Shown here: one piece after another, positions 40,569-49,312 of the stretch
How positions within the stretch are numbered: position 1 is the stretch's first letter
How the letters are laid out: the number at the start of each line of letters is the position of its first letter
IMG/VR virus record: IMGVR_UViG_3300033407_000002
Coordinates: 1 to 64,000 of that record
Length of the DNA stretch: 64,000 nt
Direction: 5' to 3' (one strand)
DNA from: a virus
The notes under the pieces: generated by a model
Told to the model about the DNA's origin: nothing
Databases searched by the model: none
The model's input: only the letters and a program-made list of their open reading frames with translations
Translations under genes and position numbers: made by a program

Positions 40569-41105
40569 GTCTTTCGGACCATTTCTCGGATTCTCTTCAT
40601 CAGCGTTGGTAACGATCGTTCCAGACCTCGTAACGCCAACCAGCGGTGGCCTGTTTAGATTGTCCGGGTCGACCTCGAATCGCACCAGCCTTTCCAGCAT
40701 ATCCACGTCAATACTTTTGTAGTTGAGCTTCCCCGTTCGGTCGAACCTTCCCCACCCGAGCATCTCCGTATCACTCGGATCAACACCAACCATCCGCAAT
40801 ACGGACACCCCAAAATGCCTTACGCATATCTGCTCGTTGAACCCAACAGACATCACATGGATTTTCCAAAGTGTGTCTCGCTGCGAGTCTCCTACTTCTC
40901 CTTCTCGCGTCTTTACTTCGATCATCATGATCCCCTGCGCGTCACGAGTTCCCTCTGATCCCACTCGACATAGGAAACGGTGGACATACAAATCAACGTC
41001 AGTGGCGGCTATTCCGCAGTCCCGACCATTCGATGGAAGCCTTTCATTATCCCGAAACCACGCCATGAACGGAACATCACTTCCGAAACGCCTCGAGCGA
41101 GTCAT
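40560..41105 (-). CDS. hypothetical protein, PD-(D/E)XK-nuclease-like
   Basis: Trimmed to ATG 41105 (ATGA overlap with the upstream stop; GGAGGG RBS). The core reads DVDLYV...IMMIEVK. Confidence 0.5.
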   Translation of the reverse strand: MTRSRRFGSDVPFMAWFRDNERLPSNGRDCGIAATDVDLYVHRFLCRVGSEGTRDAQGIMMIEVKTREGEVGDSQRDTLWKIHVMSVGFNEQICVRHFGVSVLRMVGVDPSDTEMLGWGRFDRTGKLNYKSIDVDMLERLVRFEVDPDNLNRPPLVGVTRSGTIVTNADEENPRNGPKDVT

Positions 41106-42610
41106 TTCATTACCCTCCATACGATAATCTCACGAGTCAGAACCAAACAACGCTTATTCTCCTTGGACCACTCGACCATCTGAGCGTTGCATTGCTGCGA
41201 CTCATACGGGACCGAGTAACGCATGTCGACGGGTAGCTTGACTAGCCGCAACATATCGCCGATATGGTCGGTAAACTGACGCCCCGGCGCATTCCATTGA
41301 GTCGGCTGGATAATGAGAGCGATGTAAGCGTCAGCAACGCGAGACCGCTTTAGCTTCTCCGCGTACTGCTTGATGAGGGATGAAAGCGAATCGTTAAACG
41401 CTTCCAATTTCATATTCGACAAGTCGGTCGCGTCCTTGCTGTACCTGCCTTCCGCTTGCTTCCAGTACGGTGGGTCGAGGTAGACCAACCGCACGTCCTT
41501 CCATTGCGGCGGCGACAAGACGCCTTCCGTCACATCGTGCGTCCGAAGGTCGTAGCGAATGTCAACCGGCTTACGGTCGGAAACCAAGTAGCGCCGCAGG
41601 CGAGACTTGCACAGGTCGATTGCCGATCCGCCGCCAGCGAACGGATCGATCACAACGTCGAATGGCTTAGTGTAGAGGTACAACAGATTGTCGAGCCAAG
41701 TGATTTCCGTATTCCCGAAGTGGCTCACTTGGTCGCTGCGGTCCTGTTGCTTCCAGATGTTGTAGACGGGTGGCCTGAAGTGCTCGTCAACGTGGTTGGC
41801 GCGGACCAACAGTCGCTTGTCGAGCTTGTAGACGCCAAGGCTGTTGGAGTCTCCGTCGTCATCGTCCTCGAATTCCATGTCATCCACTGGAGTTTCAGTG
41901 AGTGACCTAGTTTCCGACAACTCTTCGCTTTCGCCACCGGTGGCGTTTCCGAAGAACTGTAGTGTTTTGAGGAACTCACTAACCGGACCGGCAGCATACC
42001 CTACCGCCTCGGCAATCTCCCCCTGCGTGTAGCAGGCCAGCCACATATCGAACGCGGTCTGCCGAAGTTCGGCCTTCAGGTCTTTGTCGATGCGGCTTGT
42101 GGCATCTTTAATGTAACTGATGCTCCGGCTGTAGTCCGCCGCCATTTCCCGCTTCAATTCGGCGCGGCCCGCCTGGTCGAGCTTGTCCATCTTCGCTCGG
42201 TATTCGTCGCGAATCAGCTTACCTAGTTCGCGCTCGGTCTGCGGCAATCCATGCCGAAAGTTAGAACGTGCGGCCTTCCGGCGGATCGCATACATGTCCA
42301 CCGTCCCATCGGAGAGAACGAATCCGCTGGTATCCAGAATCTCCGCGTCGATTGCCTGGAGCTTCTGTTTCTTATGAGCCATCCACCTATGCCAACCGTC
42401 GAGCAAAATATTCTCGTGATTGACGAGGATCGGAGGGAAGCCACCACCTTCTATCGACAAGGCGTATTCGTTAACCTTCTCGGGGCTCTGCGACTCCGAC
42501 CGCGTGTAATACGACTTGTCAAAAACTACGTCATCGACGCCGAGCGTCTTAGTTACAGCCACTGATATATTTCTCCATGCTTTGCGTCCATACCGAACCG
42601 CCATCACCAC
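41102..42610 (-). CDS. ParB-like nuclease domain fused to a DNA N6-adenine methyltransferase
   Basis: ParB N-terminal motif FPPILVNHENILLDGWHRW. MTase motif I VVIDPFAGGGSAID and motif IV VYLDPPYW. The exact start is uncertain (GTG 42610, ATG 42604 or a later GTG). Confidence 0.8.
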   Translation of the reverse strand: MVMAVRYGRKAWRNISVAVTKTLGVDDVVFDKSYYTRSESQSPEKVNEYALSIEGGGFPPILVNHENILLDGWHRWMAHKKQKLQAIDAEILDTSGFVLSDGTVDMYAIRRKAARSNFRHGLPQTERELGKLIRDEYRAKMDKLDQAGRAELKREMAADYSRSISYIKDATSRIDKDLKAELRQTAFDMWLACYTQGEIAEAVGYAAGPVSEFLKTLQFFGNATGGESEELSETRSLTETPVDDMEFEDDDDGDSNSLGVYKLDKRLLVRANHVDEHFRPPVYNIWKQQDRSDQVSHFGNTEITWLDNLLYLYTKPFDVVIDPFAGGGSAIDLCKSRLRRYLVSDRKPVDIRYDLRTHDVTEGVLSPPQWKDVRLVYLDPPYWKQAEGRYSKDATDLSNMKLEAFNDSLSSLIKQYAEKLKRSRVADAYIALIIQPTQWNAPGRQFTDHIGDMLRLVKLPVDMRYSVPYESQQCNAQMVEWSKENKRCLVLTREIIVWRVMK

Positions 42611-42641
42611 CTAGGACCGAATGACTCGCCGCCCATGTCGT
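42611..42641 (-). promoter_or_regulatory. promoter-like motif aCGACA-N18-GTC (copy 10)
   Basis: Minus strand: ACGACA TGGGCGGCGAG TCATTCG GTCCTAG, abutting the ParB-MTase start (leaderless or a later start). Confidence 0.45.
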
Positions 42642-43060
42642 CACTTTTCTGATTTTCCCGCCACTACATCCCTTGGCGATAGATTCAAATGCACCATCAA
42701 CACCGCATCCTGACGGCTCGCATTGAACGCCTTTTCGAAAATAACCACCGCAAGAGACGCGGCAGCCTGACGACTGAACTGAACCTCGTCATCCCCGCGA
42801 ATCCCCGCTAGATCCGCGATCGCCAGCAAGCCGACATCCTTTGCGGACAGCCGCGCGACCGCGCCCAAATGCTCCTCCAGCCAGTGGTGCGATTCGTGAA
42901 AAACGTAGTAGCCGCGCTCATCGGGTTCGCCGCACAGTGCTTGCAAAACGTCCTGGACCTTGAGCCGGCCAGTGGGCCACGTATCTGAACTGAACGCATA
43001 CCCGCCGCTGTCCGTGTGTATGATCAGACTGCCGTAAACCCATGCCGGCGAAATTAGCAT
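42641..43060 (-). CDS. hypothetical protein
   Basis: Track ORF 42641..43090 trimmed to ATG 43060 (MLISPAWVYG...), preceded by GGAGGA at 8 nt. The earlier ATG lies inside the promoter motif. Confidence 0.5.
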   Translation of the reverse strand: MLISPAWVYGSLIIHTDSGGYAFSSDTWPTGRLKVQDVLQALCGEPDERGYYVFHESHHWLEEHLGAVARLSAKDVGLLAIADLAGIRGDDEVQFSRQAAASLAVVIFEKAFNASRQDAVLMVHLNLSPRDVVAGKSEK

Positions 43061-43078
43061 CGTTGTGTCCTCCGGTGG

Positions 43079-43109
43079 CATAGACCGCAAAACGGCGAGA
43101 GTGTGTCAC
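43079..43109 (-). promoter_or_regulatory. promoter-like motif GtGACA-N18-GTC (copy 11)
   Basis: Minus strand: GTGACA CACTCTCGCCG TTTTGCG GTCTATG; 19 nt upstream of ATG 43060. Confidence 0.5.
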
Positions 43110-43555
43110 TACTGGCGACGAAGCGATTCGCGAATCACAGTCTGAAGGATGTCTTGCTCCTCCTGCTCAGCCAGTCCCTTGGCTTGCAGTTCTGCGATTT
43201 TCTGACTGCGAGCCCTTTGTTCATGGATCTCGCACATCCGGCTTGTCAATATTTGCAGTCGAAACGGCGTGTAAATCTGCGAGTACGGATTCTTGGCCCT
43301 GGCTTGTTCGGCCAATGTTGCCACCAATTCCTTAAGCGGGTCGTCGATCGCTTTCAATACGTCGTCGAGTTCCAGCGACTGACCGCTAAACCACAACTGC
43401 TGGTACGCATCCAGTATCTGCCTTGCTGGATCGCTATCCAGCCACTCCAGACACACTTGCTCCAGTGCGACGTGAGCGACACGCGGCAATACGATAATCA
43501 ACTCCAAAAGCTCCCGCTCAATCGACGATAGTTCGCTTAGACGTGCGTTTTGCAT
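43109..43555 (-). CDS. primase C-terminal (DnaB-binding) domain-like protein
   Basis: Trimmed to ATG 43555. ERELLELIIVLPRVAHVALEQV...ARQILDAY resembles the DnaG helicase-interaction domain, and it sits directly after dnaB. Confidence 0.45.
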   Translation of the reverse strand: MQNARLSELSSIERELLELIIVLPRVAHVALEQVCLEWLDSDPARQILDAYQQLWFSGQSLELDDVLKAIDDPLKELVATLAEQARAKNPYSQIYTPFRLQILTSRMCEIHEQRARSQKIAELQAKGLAEQEEQDILQTVIRESLRRQ

Positions 43556-43562
43556 CTTTAAG

Positions 43563-44882
43563 TTACATTTCCTCGTATTCGAAGTCCTCGAACTTGGTTG
43601 CCGAAGCATGCCAGCGCACCTTCAACACCCCTTCGCCACCGTGGCGATTCTTTAAAATGTGCAGTTCCTTCGTCCCCTTGGACTCCTCCGGTGTATGGAT
43701 CGCGATAATCGAATCCGCGTCCTGCTCCAGCGAACCGGACCCCTTGAGGTCCTCCGCCCTGGGAACCCTGCCGCCGCCGTCCCGATTCAACTGACACAAC
43801 AGCAAAACCGGGATCCCAAACTCCCGAGCCACGTTGTTCTTCACTAACTTAGACACCTCTTCTAACTGCTCATGTCGCGGTTTCCGGTAATCGCTCGGAA
43901 CTATTAACTGCACGTAGTCAATCACCACCGCCGCAATCGGTCCCCGGCTCATCGCCAACCGAACCGCCGCCACGATGTTTCGGACCGTCGCCGTTTCCGG
44001 CGCGTAAAACGAAACCGGGTAACTGAGCGAATCGACAAACGCCCCTATCCGGTCCACCTGCTCTTGGGTAATCGTGCCGTTGCGGATCGACTTGGAATCC
44101 ACCCCCGAGACCGCGCACAGTAGCCGAGTCGTTAGCTCCGTGTCCTTCATTTCCAGCGAGACGACCAGTACCTGATTGCCGTCGATCGCCATGTTGGACG
44201 CTATCTGCATCGCCATCGCGGTCTTTCCCTGACCCGGACGCGCGGCGAGTATGATGACCTCCGACTCGCACAGTCCGCCCATCGCCTCGTCCAGACAGCG
44301 AATGCCGGTCGGTATCCCGTGACCGGTCCCGAGCGTTACCGCGTTCTGGATCCGCTGGTGAGTCCGGACAGCCGACTCCCGTAGCGTCAATATCTCGATC
44401 TTCTTCTGAGACTGGATATTGAGAATCTGCGATACCAGTTTCTCCGTGATGCCGTCCACGTCCGGCTTTTCTTCGTATAGTTTGCCGATGGCCTTGGTGA
44501 CGACCTGGATCGTCCGCCGGTGGCGCGACATTTTCGCGACCTCCTCGGCGTAGAACTCGATATTGGACGCTGTCGGCGTGGCGTTAACACACTGAGCGAT
44601 AGCCGCCGCACCAAAGCCCGAGTCCACCAGTCCGTACCGACGGAACTTGGTCAGCAGTAACTGCACGTCGCCAACCGGCTGGCCGAGTTCATGCAGCGAT
44701 ACAATCGCGTCGAACACCTGCCCATGAATGTCGCCGTAGAAATCGCCGCCGGTCAGTAGGGTGCTGGCGATGTCGACCGCGCTGGCCGGATCCAGAATCA
44801 TGGATCCCAGTACGCACTGCTCCAGCGAGATATCGTTGGGCGGCACTCTATCCAGCATGGTGGGAGCCGTGGCGGCCGGCAT
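43563..44882 (-). CDS. dnaB: replicative DNA helicase DnaB
   Basis: N-terminal PPNDISLEQCVLGSMILDP, Walker A AARPGQGKTAMAMQIA, Walker B VVIDYVQL and the RecA-like C-terminus LKGSGSLEQDADSII; 439 aa with no intein. Confidence 0.9.
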   Translation of the reverse strand: MPAATAPTMLDRVPPNDISLEQCVLGSMILDPASAVDIASTLLTGGDFYGDIHGQVFDAIVSLHELGQPVGDVQLLLTKFRRYGLVDSGFGAAAIAQCVNATPTASNIEFYAEEVAKMSRHRRTIQVVTKAIGKLYEEKPDVDGITEKLVSQILNIQSQKKIEILTLRESAVRTHQRIQNAVTLGTGHGIPTGIRCLDEAMGGLCESEVIILAARPGQGKTAMAMQIASNMAIDGNQVLVVSLEMKDTELTTRLLCAVSGVDSKSIRNGTITQEQVDRIGAFVDSLSYPVSFYAPETATVRNIVAAVRLAMSRGPIAAVVIDYVQLIVPSDYRKPRHEQLEEVSKLVKNNVAREFGIPVLLLCQLNRDGGGRVPRAEDLKGSGSLEQDADSIIAIHTPEESKGTKELHILKNRHGGEGVLKVRWHASATKFEDFEYEEM

Positions 44883-44891
44883 CGGCTAGTC

Positions 44892-45512
44892 CTATCTATT
44901 CCGGGTGCGGAAACTGGGCCACTTGCACAGAAACCGAACCGAACCGTGATTGAGCCGGTCCGCGACCTGGAGGCCGATACGTCGATCGAAGTCCATCAGG
45001 TCGTGAGCGTTGGCGGTAACGATAGTCGGCTTCTTATGCCGATACCGATAGTCGACAATGAGATACAGAAACCGCATTTGCCAATCGGTCAGATTCCCGC
45101 TGTTCTCCGCAAGTCCCTTAGGCGGTAGCGGGTCACTAAGCCAGAGTAAGTCGGGCTGGGTGTACCGCCGCGCTGTCTGATACTCGGTATCGCGACTGCC
45201 CATCGCATCCCTGGCTGCGGCGAACAGTTCCTCTCCGTTCTCCCATGCCACGCTGAACCCCGCCTTAAAAACGGCGCTGGCCACGCAGAAGCTCAGGTGA
45301 TCCTTGCCGGTACCCATGGTTCCGATCAGCACGAGCCCACCGCCGCTTTCAATCATCGCCGCTGGATTCGCGGCAACCTCCCTTAGCTTGTCCACCAACA
45401 TGGCCTGCGCGGGCTCATCTCCAACTTGGTAATTGTCGAATGTCGCGCCCGACAACCTCGGACCGATGCGCTCGACTAATGACATCCACGCCGCTTTTTG
45501 AAACTGATCCAT
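44892..45512 (-). CDS. DnaC/IstB-like AAA+ helicase loader
   Basis: Trimmed to ATG 45512. Walker A LIGTMGTGKDHL and Walker B-like LLWLSDP. Confidence 0.65.
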   Translation of the reverse strand: MDQFQKAAWMSLVERIGPRLSGATFDNYQVGDEPAQAMLVDKLREVAANPAAMIESGGGLVLIGTMGTGKDHLSFCVASAVFKAGFSVAWENGEELFAAARDAMGSRDTEYQTARRYTQPDLLWLSDPLPPKGLAENSGNLTDWQMRFLYLIVDYRYRHKKPTIVTANAHDLMDFDRRIGLQVADRLNHGSVRFLCKWPSFRTRNR

Positions 45513-45522
45513 ACTTTGCCTT

Positions 45523-46692
45523 TCATACAAAACCGGATTTAACTTCGTCCCCCGGAACAAACAACGCGCTGTTCCTGTAATCGTTATCCTTCCATGCTTC
45601 TTTGTGGTCCTCCCAGCAGCAGCCGTTTAGCCACGGTTCGGGACCCTTTACATAACGTCCCTGGCCGACCGGACTAGCCGCATACTCCGACGCTCGGCGA
45701 ACCAGATGCGATGCCCACGAACCGTCCTCCTCGGGCGGCTCCACCAGCGCCAGAGAATCAATGGCCCTATTCCACGCGACATAGGCCGCGCCCTTGTTGG
45801 TCCGTCGCTTCGGAGGATAGACCGCCCAGAACTCCTCGAACTCCTCCGAGTACCGTCCGGCTTTCTTAGCCAGCAGGCTTTTCATCAGACCGACCAGTGA
45901 CCGCCGCTGCGAAGTGGGGCAGGCGTCAAATAGAATCCTTGCCACTTGCAATTTGTCTGAATCGCTGATGGCCGCTTTGAGCTGCTCTTGGTCGATCTCC
46001 ATGCCCGAGAGCATGGCTTGACCGCTGCACGAGCATTCCGGCTCACTCGGCTCGCTTGGCTTATCGCCGTACAGGTCCGCTAGCTCGCGTGCCACCTCGC
46101 GCCGCGAACTCTCCGATAGACCGCCGACCATTGCCATAATCTTGGCTCTGACCGCTCGCTCCCGGTCCTCTTGCGTCTCTTCCAGGGTCTCTTCCTCAGC
46201 GTCCCGGGCGGTGTCCTGCGGCTCAACTGGCGGACTGCTTGGTCCGTAGACCGCCTCGATATTCTCAGTGATGCGGCTCTGCTCCGGCCGGCTTGGCCGA
46301 TGCTCCGCGATGACTTCCTCTACCTGCTTGACCGTGACCTTTTCACCGCCGCTGACTCTCTGCTTGACTTCCTCGATGGCCTCCTCGGGAACGTCGGACG
46401 AGGACAATTTCACCATGACAGTCAGTCCCAAATGTCCATTTAGTGGACATTTGCCGAACGTCTCGGCCACCCGCATGTAGTTGTTTGCATTGGATTTCTT
46501 GAGTCCCACGTCCTCCTGGAGCCATCTTTCAAACTGTCCGTGCCCCAGTAATTGCTTGGCCCGGATGAGGGATCGGCCTATGTCGATGGCCTCCTCGGCG
46601 ATGGACCCTAGTGAACTGCGGATGCGCTGTGCCAGGTGGCGTACTTCCGATGCGTGACCATTGAGGGACTCATAGACAGAGATCATTTTCAT
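45523..46692 (-). CDS. DUF3102-domain replication-associated (initiator/organiser-like) protein
   Basis: N-terminal AEEAIDIGRSLIRAKQLLGHGQFERWLQEDVGL is DUF3102-like. C-terminal FEEFWAVYPPKRRTNKGAAYVAWNRAI is a phage replisome-organiser-like motif. Confidence 0.6.
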   Translation of the reverse strand: MKMISVYESLNGHASEVRHLAQRIRSSLGSIAEEAIDIGRSLIRAKQLLGHGQFERWLQEDVGLKKSNANNYMRVAETFGKCPLNGHLGLTVMVKLSSSDVPEEAIEEVKQRVSGGEKVTVKQVEEVIAEHRPSRPEQSRITENIEAVYGPSSPPVEPQDTARDAEEETLEETQEDRERAVRAKIMAMVGGLSESSRREVARELADLYGDKPSEPSEPECSCSGQAMLSGMEIDQEQLKAAISDSDKLQVARILFDACPTSQRRSLVGLMKSLLAKKAGRYSEEFEEFWAVYPPKRRTNKGAAYVAWNRAIDSLALVEPPEEDGSWASHLVRRASEYAASPVGQGRYVKGPEPWLNGCCWEDHKEAWKDNDYRNSALFVPGDEVKSGFV

Positions 46693-46743
46693 AGACTCCG
46701 GCGGATAGAGGTGGACAAGTGACGAGAAAAGCGGGTCTTCAAG

Positions 46744-47085
46744 TTACGCGCCGCTGAGCGAAGTTCCATGTTGCGCCGGGCGCGTAAACCTAATCGCCGG
46801 ATGCGCGTCAATTGCGATCTTGACACCCCTGGATGCCCGACCGATATACATGTAGCAGTCCGCTACATTGAGCCGGCTGCCGATGGTCGCCACAAACTCC
46901 CCCGGCTTATCGGGATAGGCCAGTCCGCCGGTAATCTGGTCGAGCTTATCCAGGACGGTAAACGGCAGCCGACTCAGCACCGCAAGAGAGAACGCGCAAC
47001 CCAGATCCGAAGATCCGCGAAAATGCAGCTCAAAAAGATTTTGAGCTAAAAGAGATTCGTTCGGTCGAATATAGAGATAAAGCAT
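46744..47085 (-). CDS. hypothetical protein
   Basis: 113-aa track ORF. A faint CsrA-like stretch (GVKIAIDAHPAIRFTRP) is not sufficient for a call. Confidence 0.5.
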   Translation of the reverse strand: MLYLYIRPNESLLAQNLFELHFRGSSDLGCAFSLAVLSRLPFTVLDKLDQITGGLAYPDKPGEFVATIGSRLNVADCYMYIGRASRGVKIAIDAHPAIRFTRPAQHGTSLSGA

Positions 47086-47220
47086 GGCACTTCCTTTCTA
47101 AACCCGCTCGGCGCATCCATCGCGCCAAGCGGCTAACCAGTCCATCTGCCACGGCGCATTCCCGAGCGCCACGGCTTCGTGCGGCCAATCTTTGACCGCC
47201 TCCTTACTTCACGCTTTCGA

Positions 47221-47787
47221 TCACTCTTCAAACCCCGGCAGCGAATACTGCCCCAGTTCCGCCCTCGCTTGTCGGACCGCTTGGCATACGCTGGTCCTCG
47301 CGGCCGCTATTGTCACCCCGAGTTCTTCCGCGATCTGTTGATACGACCGCTGCTCGAGGAACCGCATTCTCAGCACGGCCTGACGCTGGGGCGGCAATCG
47401 GTCCAGACATGCCAGCATGTGCCGGCACGCTTCACCATGGACCAGCTCACTGGACTGTTCGCACCACGGCTCCACGTACGGCAGGTCACCGGAAGTGGCT
47501 ACGATGGCTCGCTCCCGCATGGTCGACCGCTTGCCGCTGAGCCGATGGGTCGCGATCGCCGAACGGAACACGTTGGCGGCGATTTTCAGAATCCAGTTCC
47601 GGCACTCGGCTGCGGACTGAGCCTGGCATCGCTCGTGATTCCGGTAAGCTCGCCAGCAGACCGACTGATAGAGGTCGTCCACATCGAACCGATGGCTCAC
47701 TCCCGAGAGCGCGCCGCGGTAGCGTTGTTCGATGATGGGCTGTACTTCCGACAAGACTTCGACAAGATCGTCCGATCCAACAGACAT
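47221..47787 (-). CDS. ECF-type sigma-70 family sigma factor, paralog 2
   Basis: RFDVDDLYQSVCWRAY...CRNWILKIAANVF (region 2) and LDRLPPQRQAVLRMRFLEQRSYQQIAEELGVTIAAARTSV (region 4). Confidence 0.8.
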   Translation of the reverse strand: MSVGSDDLVEVLSEVQPIIEQRYRGALSGVSHRFDVDDLYQSVCWRAYRNHERCQAQSAAECRNWILKIAANVFRSAIATHRLSGKRSTMRERAIVATSGDLPYVEPWCEQSSELVHGEACRHMLACLDRLPPQRQAVLRMRFLEQRSYQQIAEELGVTIAAARTSVCQAVRQARAELGQYSLPGFEE

Positions 47788-47824
47788 GCCACTTCCCTTA
47801 GCTAGTTTCTCTGCTCACCACGAG

Positions 47825-47850
47825 CGCGCGAAGCAATCGAGCTTCGCGCG
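47825..47850 (-). promoter_or_regulatory. perfect 10-bp hairpin between the two sigma genes
   Basis: CGCGCGAAGC-(6 nt)-GCTTCGCGCG with no U-run. Possible processing, attenuation or protein-binding site. Confidence 0.4.
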
Positions 47851-47860
47851 AAACAGTCGA

Positions 47861-48397
47861 CTACCTGGACAGTTCACGCACGTTATCAAGTCCTCTGGTT
47901 ACCAGAGTCCGAGCAGCGCTGACGGTTATTCCCATGCGATCGGCGATTGCCGGGTATCCCAGTTCCTCGAGATATCGCATGCGGATAGCGGCCGCTTGAC
48001 GCTGGGGAATTTGGTCGAGACTCCGCTGTACGATTTGGAACTGACCGGCGGTTTCCTCGGCTGCCTCGATCGCCTGTAGTGGCTGCGGCTCTGGAGCAAC
48101 CGCCTCATCGCCGGCATTGCTCTGGACCAGTACCGGTCGCTTCTGGGTCCCTAGTTCCTTCTGCAGTTCCGAGAGCATCGTGTGTTTGGCGATGACCAAT
48201 ACCCAGTTCCGTAGGTCTTCCATGGACTTGGCGCGGCACGTATCGGCGGCTCGGGTGGCTTTCATCGCGGTAACCTGTACCAGGTCATCCGCGTCAAACC
48301 GCGACTGGATCGGCGATAGACGGTTTCTGGCTCGCCGGCGGACTTCCGGGGCTGTCTGCTCCAGCGCGGCATGAATATCGAGGGGCTCGGATGACAC
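47861..48397 (-). CDS. ECF-type sigma-70 family sigma factor, paralog 3
   Basis: RFDADDLVQVTAMKAT...LRNWVLVIAKHTM (region 2) and LDQIPQRQAAAIRMRYLEELGYPAIADRMGITVSAARTLV (region 4). Confidence 0.8.
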   Translation of the reverse strand: MSSEPLDIHAALEQTAPEVRRRARNRLSPIQSRFDADDLVQVTAMKATRAADTCRAKSMEDLRNWVLVIAKHTMLSELQKELGTQKRPVLVQSNAGDEAVAPEPQPLQAIEAAEETAGQFQIVQRSLDQIPQRQAAAIRMRYLEELGYPAIADRMGITVSAARTLVTRGLDNVRELSR

Positions 48398-48429
48398 TGT
48401 CGGGATTCCTTGAGAAGTGTGGTGGGGGA

Positions 48430-48741
48430 CTACGAAACGTCTTTGGTGACTGGGTTGGATGGTTTGGGACCGCCGAAACCACGCTGGCCGAACTTACCTT
48501 CCGTCATCCGTTCCTGCTCGGTCGTTTTGCCGGCCTTGATGGCCCGCAGCGTTGCGTGATAGCACTTCGGATGGCACTGGCGAATCTGATCCCACTTGAG
48601 GAATTCGCCCTTCTCGCCGAATACAGCGACTAGTGGCTCCAAACATGCCACGCAGAGATGTTCCAGCTCCGCCTTTTCAATCCGCTGCCTTGCTGATTCG
48701 CGCACCTGAAGAACCCTTTTTTCAAACACAGTCACCTGCAT
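48430..48741 (-). CDS. Cys4 zinc-ribbon-like protein, first gene of the leftward early operon (candidate switch regulator)
   Basis: 103 aa. CVACLEP...CHPKCY; paralogous in pattern to the divergent gene 48937..49302. Confidence 0.55.
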   Translation of the reverse strand: MQVTVFEKRVLQVRESARQRIEKAELEHLCVACLEPLVAVFGEKGEFLKWDQIRQCHPKCYHATLRAIKAGKTTEQERMTEGKFGQRGFGGPKPSNPVTKDVS

Positions 48742-48936
48742 GGATGCACCTCAAATGTTGAAACATCCATGCGGAAATTTATTTATCGTCCATATTTTAA
48801 GGAGTGTAAAACAGTTTGTAAACAGGTGTGCAATCGATTTGAGAAAAATGGCTGCAATCTGTTTATTGCTCCGCTCCATAAGTCTTTTCCATACTGGTAG
48901 TTGCGTCCGCGCAAAATAACCCGAAAATGGCCCGTC
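48742..48936. promoter_or_regulatory. AT-rich divergent switch region with operator-like repeats
   Basis: TGTAAAACAG (48805-14), TGTAAACAG (48817-25) and inverted CTGTTTA (48859-65). A 9-bp inverted repeat GCATGGATG/CATCCATGC (48738-46 / 48764-72) spans the leftward start codon. Confidence 0.5.
48794..48822 (-). promoter_or_regulatory. sigma70-type leftward promoter (TTTACA-N17-TAAAAT)
   Basis: Minus strand: -35 TTTACA (48822-17), 17-nt spacer, -10 TAAAAT (48799-94). The -35 overlaps an operator-like repeat. Confidence 0.5.
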
Positions 48937-49302
48937 ATGGACGAACAACAAGTGCTTAAAAAGCTCCTAGCAGCTCAGAAGGCGTTAGACCAAGCGATAG
49001 CCGCCATGCGACCGAAGCCCGCTGTAGCTAATGCATCCGATCCGATTTGCCTGTACTGCGAAGAACCGATCCTTCCGGGCGATAAACTCAAGCGTGGGAT
49101 TCACGATGCCTGCTACCAAGACGCTCGGATACTAGTTAAAGACCCGAATACTCCAGACACATGGAAATCGCTGGAGGAAGAGGGATTCATTCCGCCTCCC
49201 GCAAAGCGTGGTCGCCCCAAGGTGCGACGCAAGGCGACCGCCGCCGCCACGAAGCAGGCCGATCAGGCCGTCAAGAAGTCTCGAGGGAAATCCACCAACT
49301 AA
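48937..49302 (+). CDS. Cys-rich zinc-ribbon-like protein with basic RGRP tail (candidate repressor/regulator)
   Basis: Track ORF trimmed to ATG 48937 (MDEQQVLKK...). CLYCEEP...HDACY, then KRGRPKVRRK. Confidence 0.55.
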   Translation: MDEQQVLKKLLAAQKALDQAIAAMRPKPAVANASDPICLYCEEPILPGDKLKRGIHDACYQDARILVKDPNTPDTWKSLEEEGFIPPPAKRGRPKVRRKATAAATKQADQAVKKSRGKSTN

Positions 49303-49312
49303 GGAACCTCCG

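Noticed and set aside
46690-46723. GTCTATG (-10-like block) at the start of 45523..46692 as a promoter copy
   Set aside because: The hexamer 18 nt upstream is ACTTGT, not (G)CGACA, and the ATG inside GTCTATG is the start codon itself. It is probably coincidental.
46744-47085. CsrA-like RNA-binding protein (also considered for 54064..54303)
   Set aside because: Only short stretches (GVKIAIDAHPAIRFTRP; KLSIGDKITIGSDSIKVLKIL) resemble CsrA. The overall length and the remaining sequence do not fit, which is too weak without a profile search.
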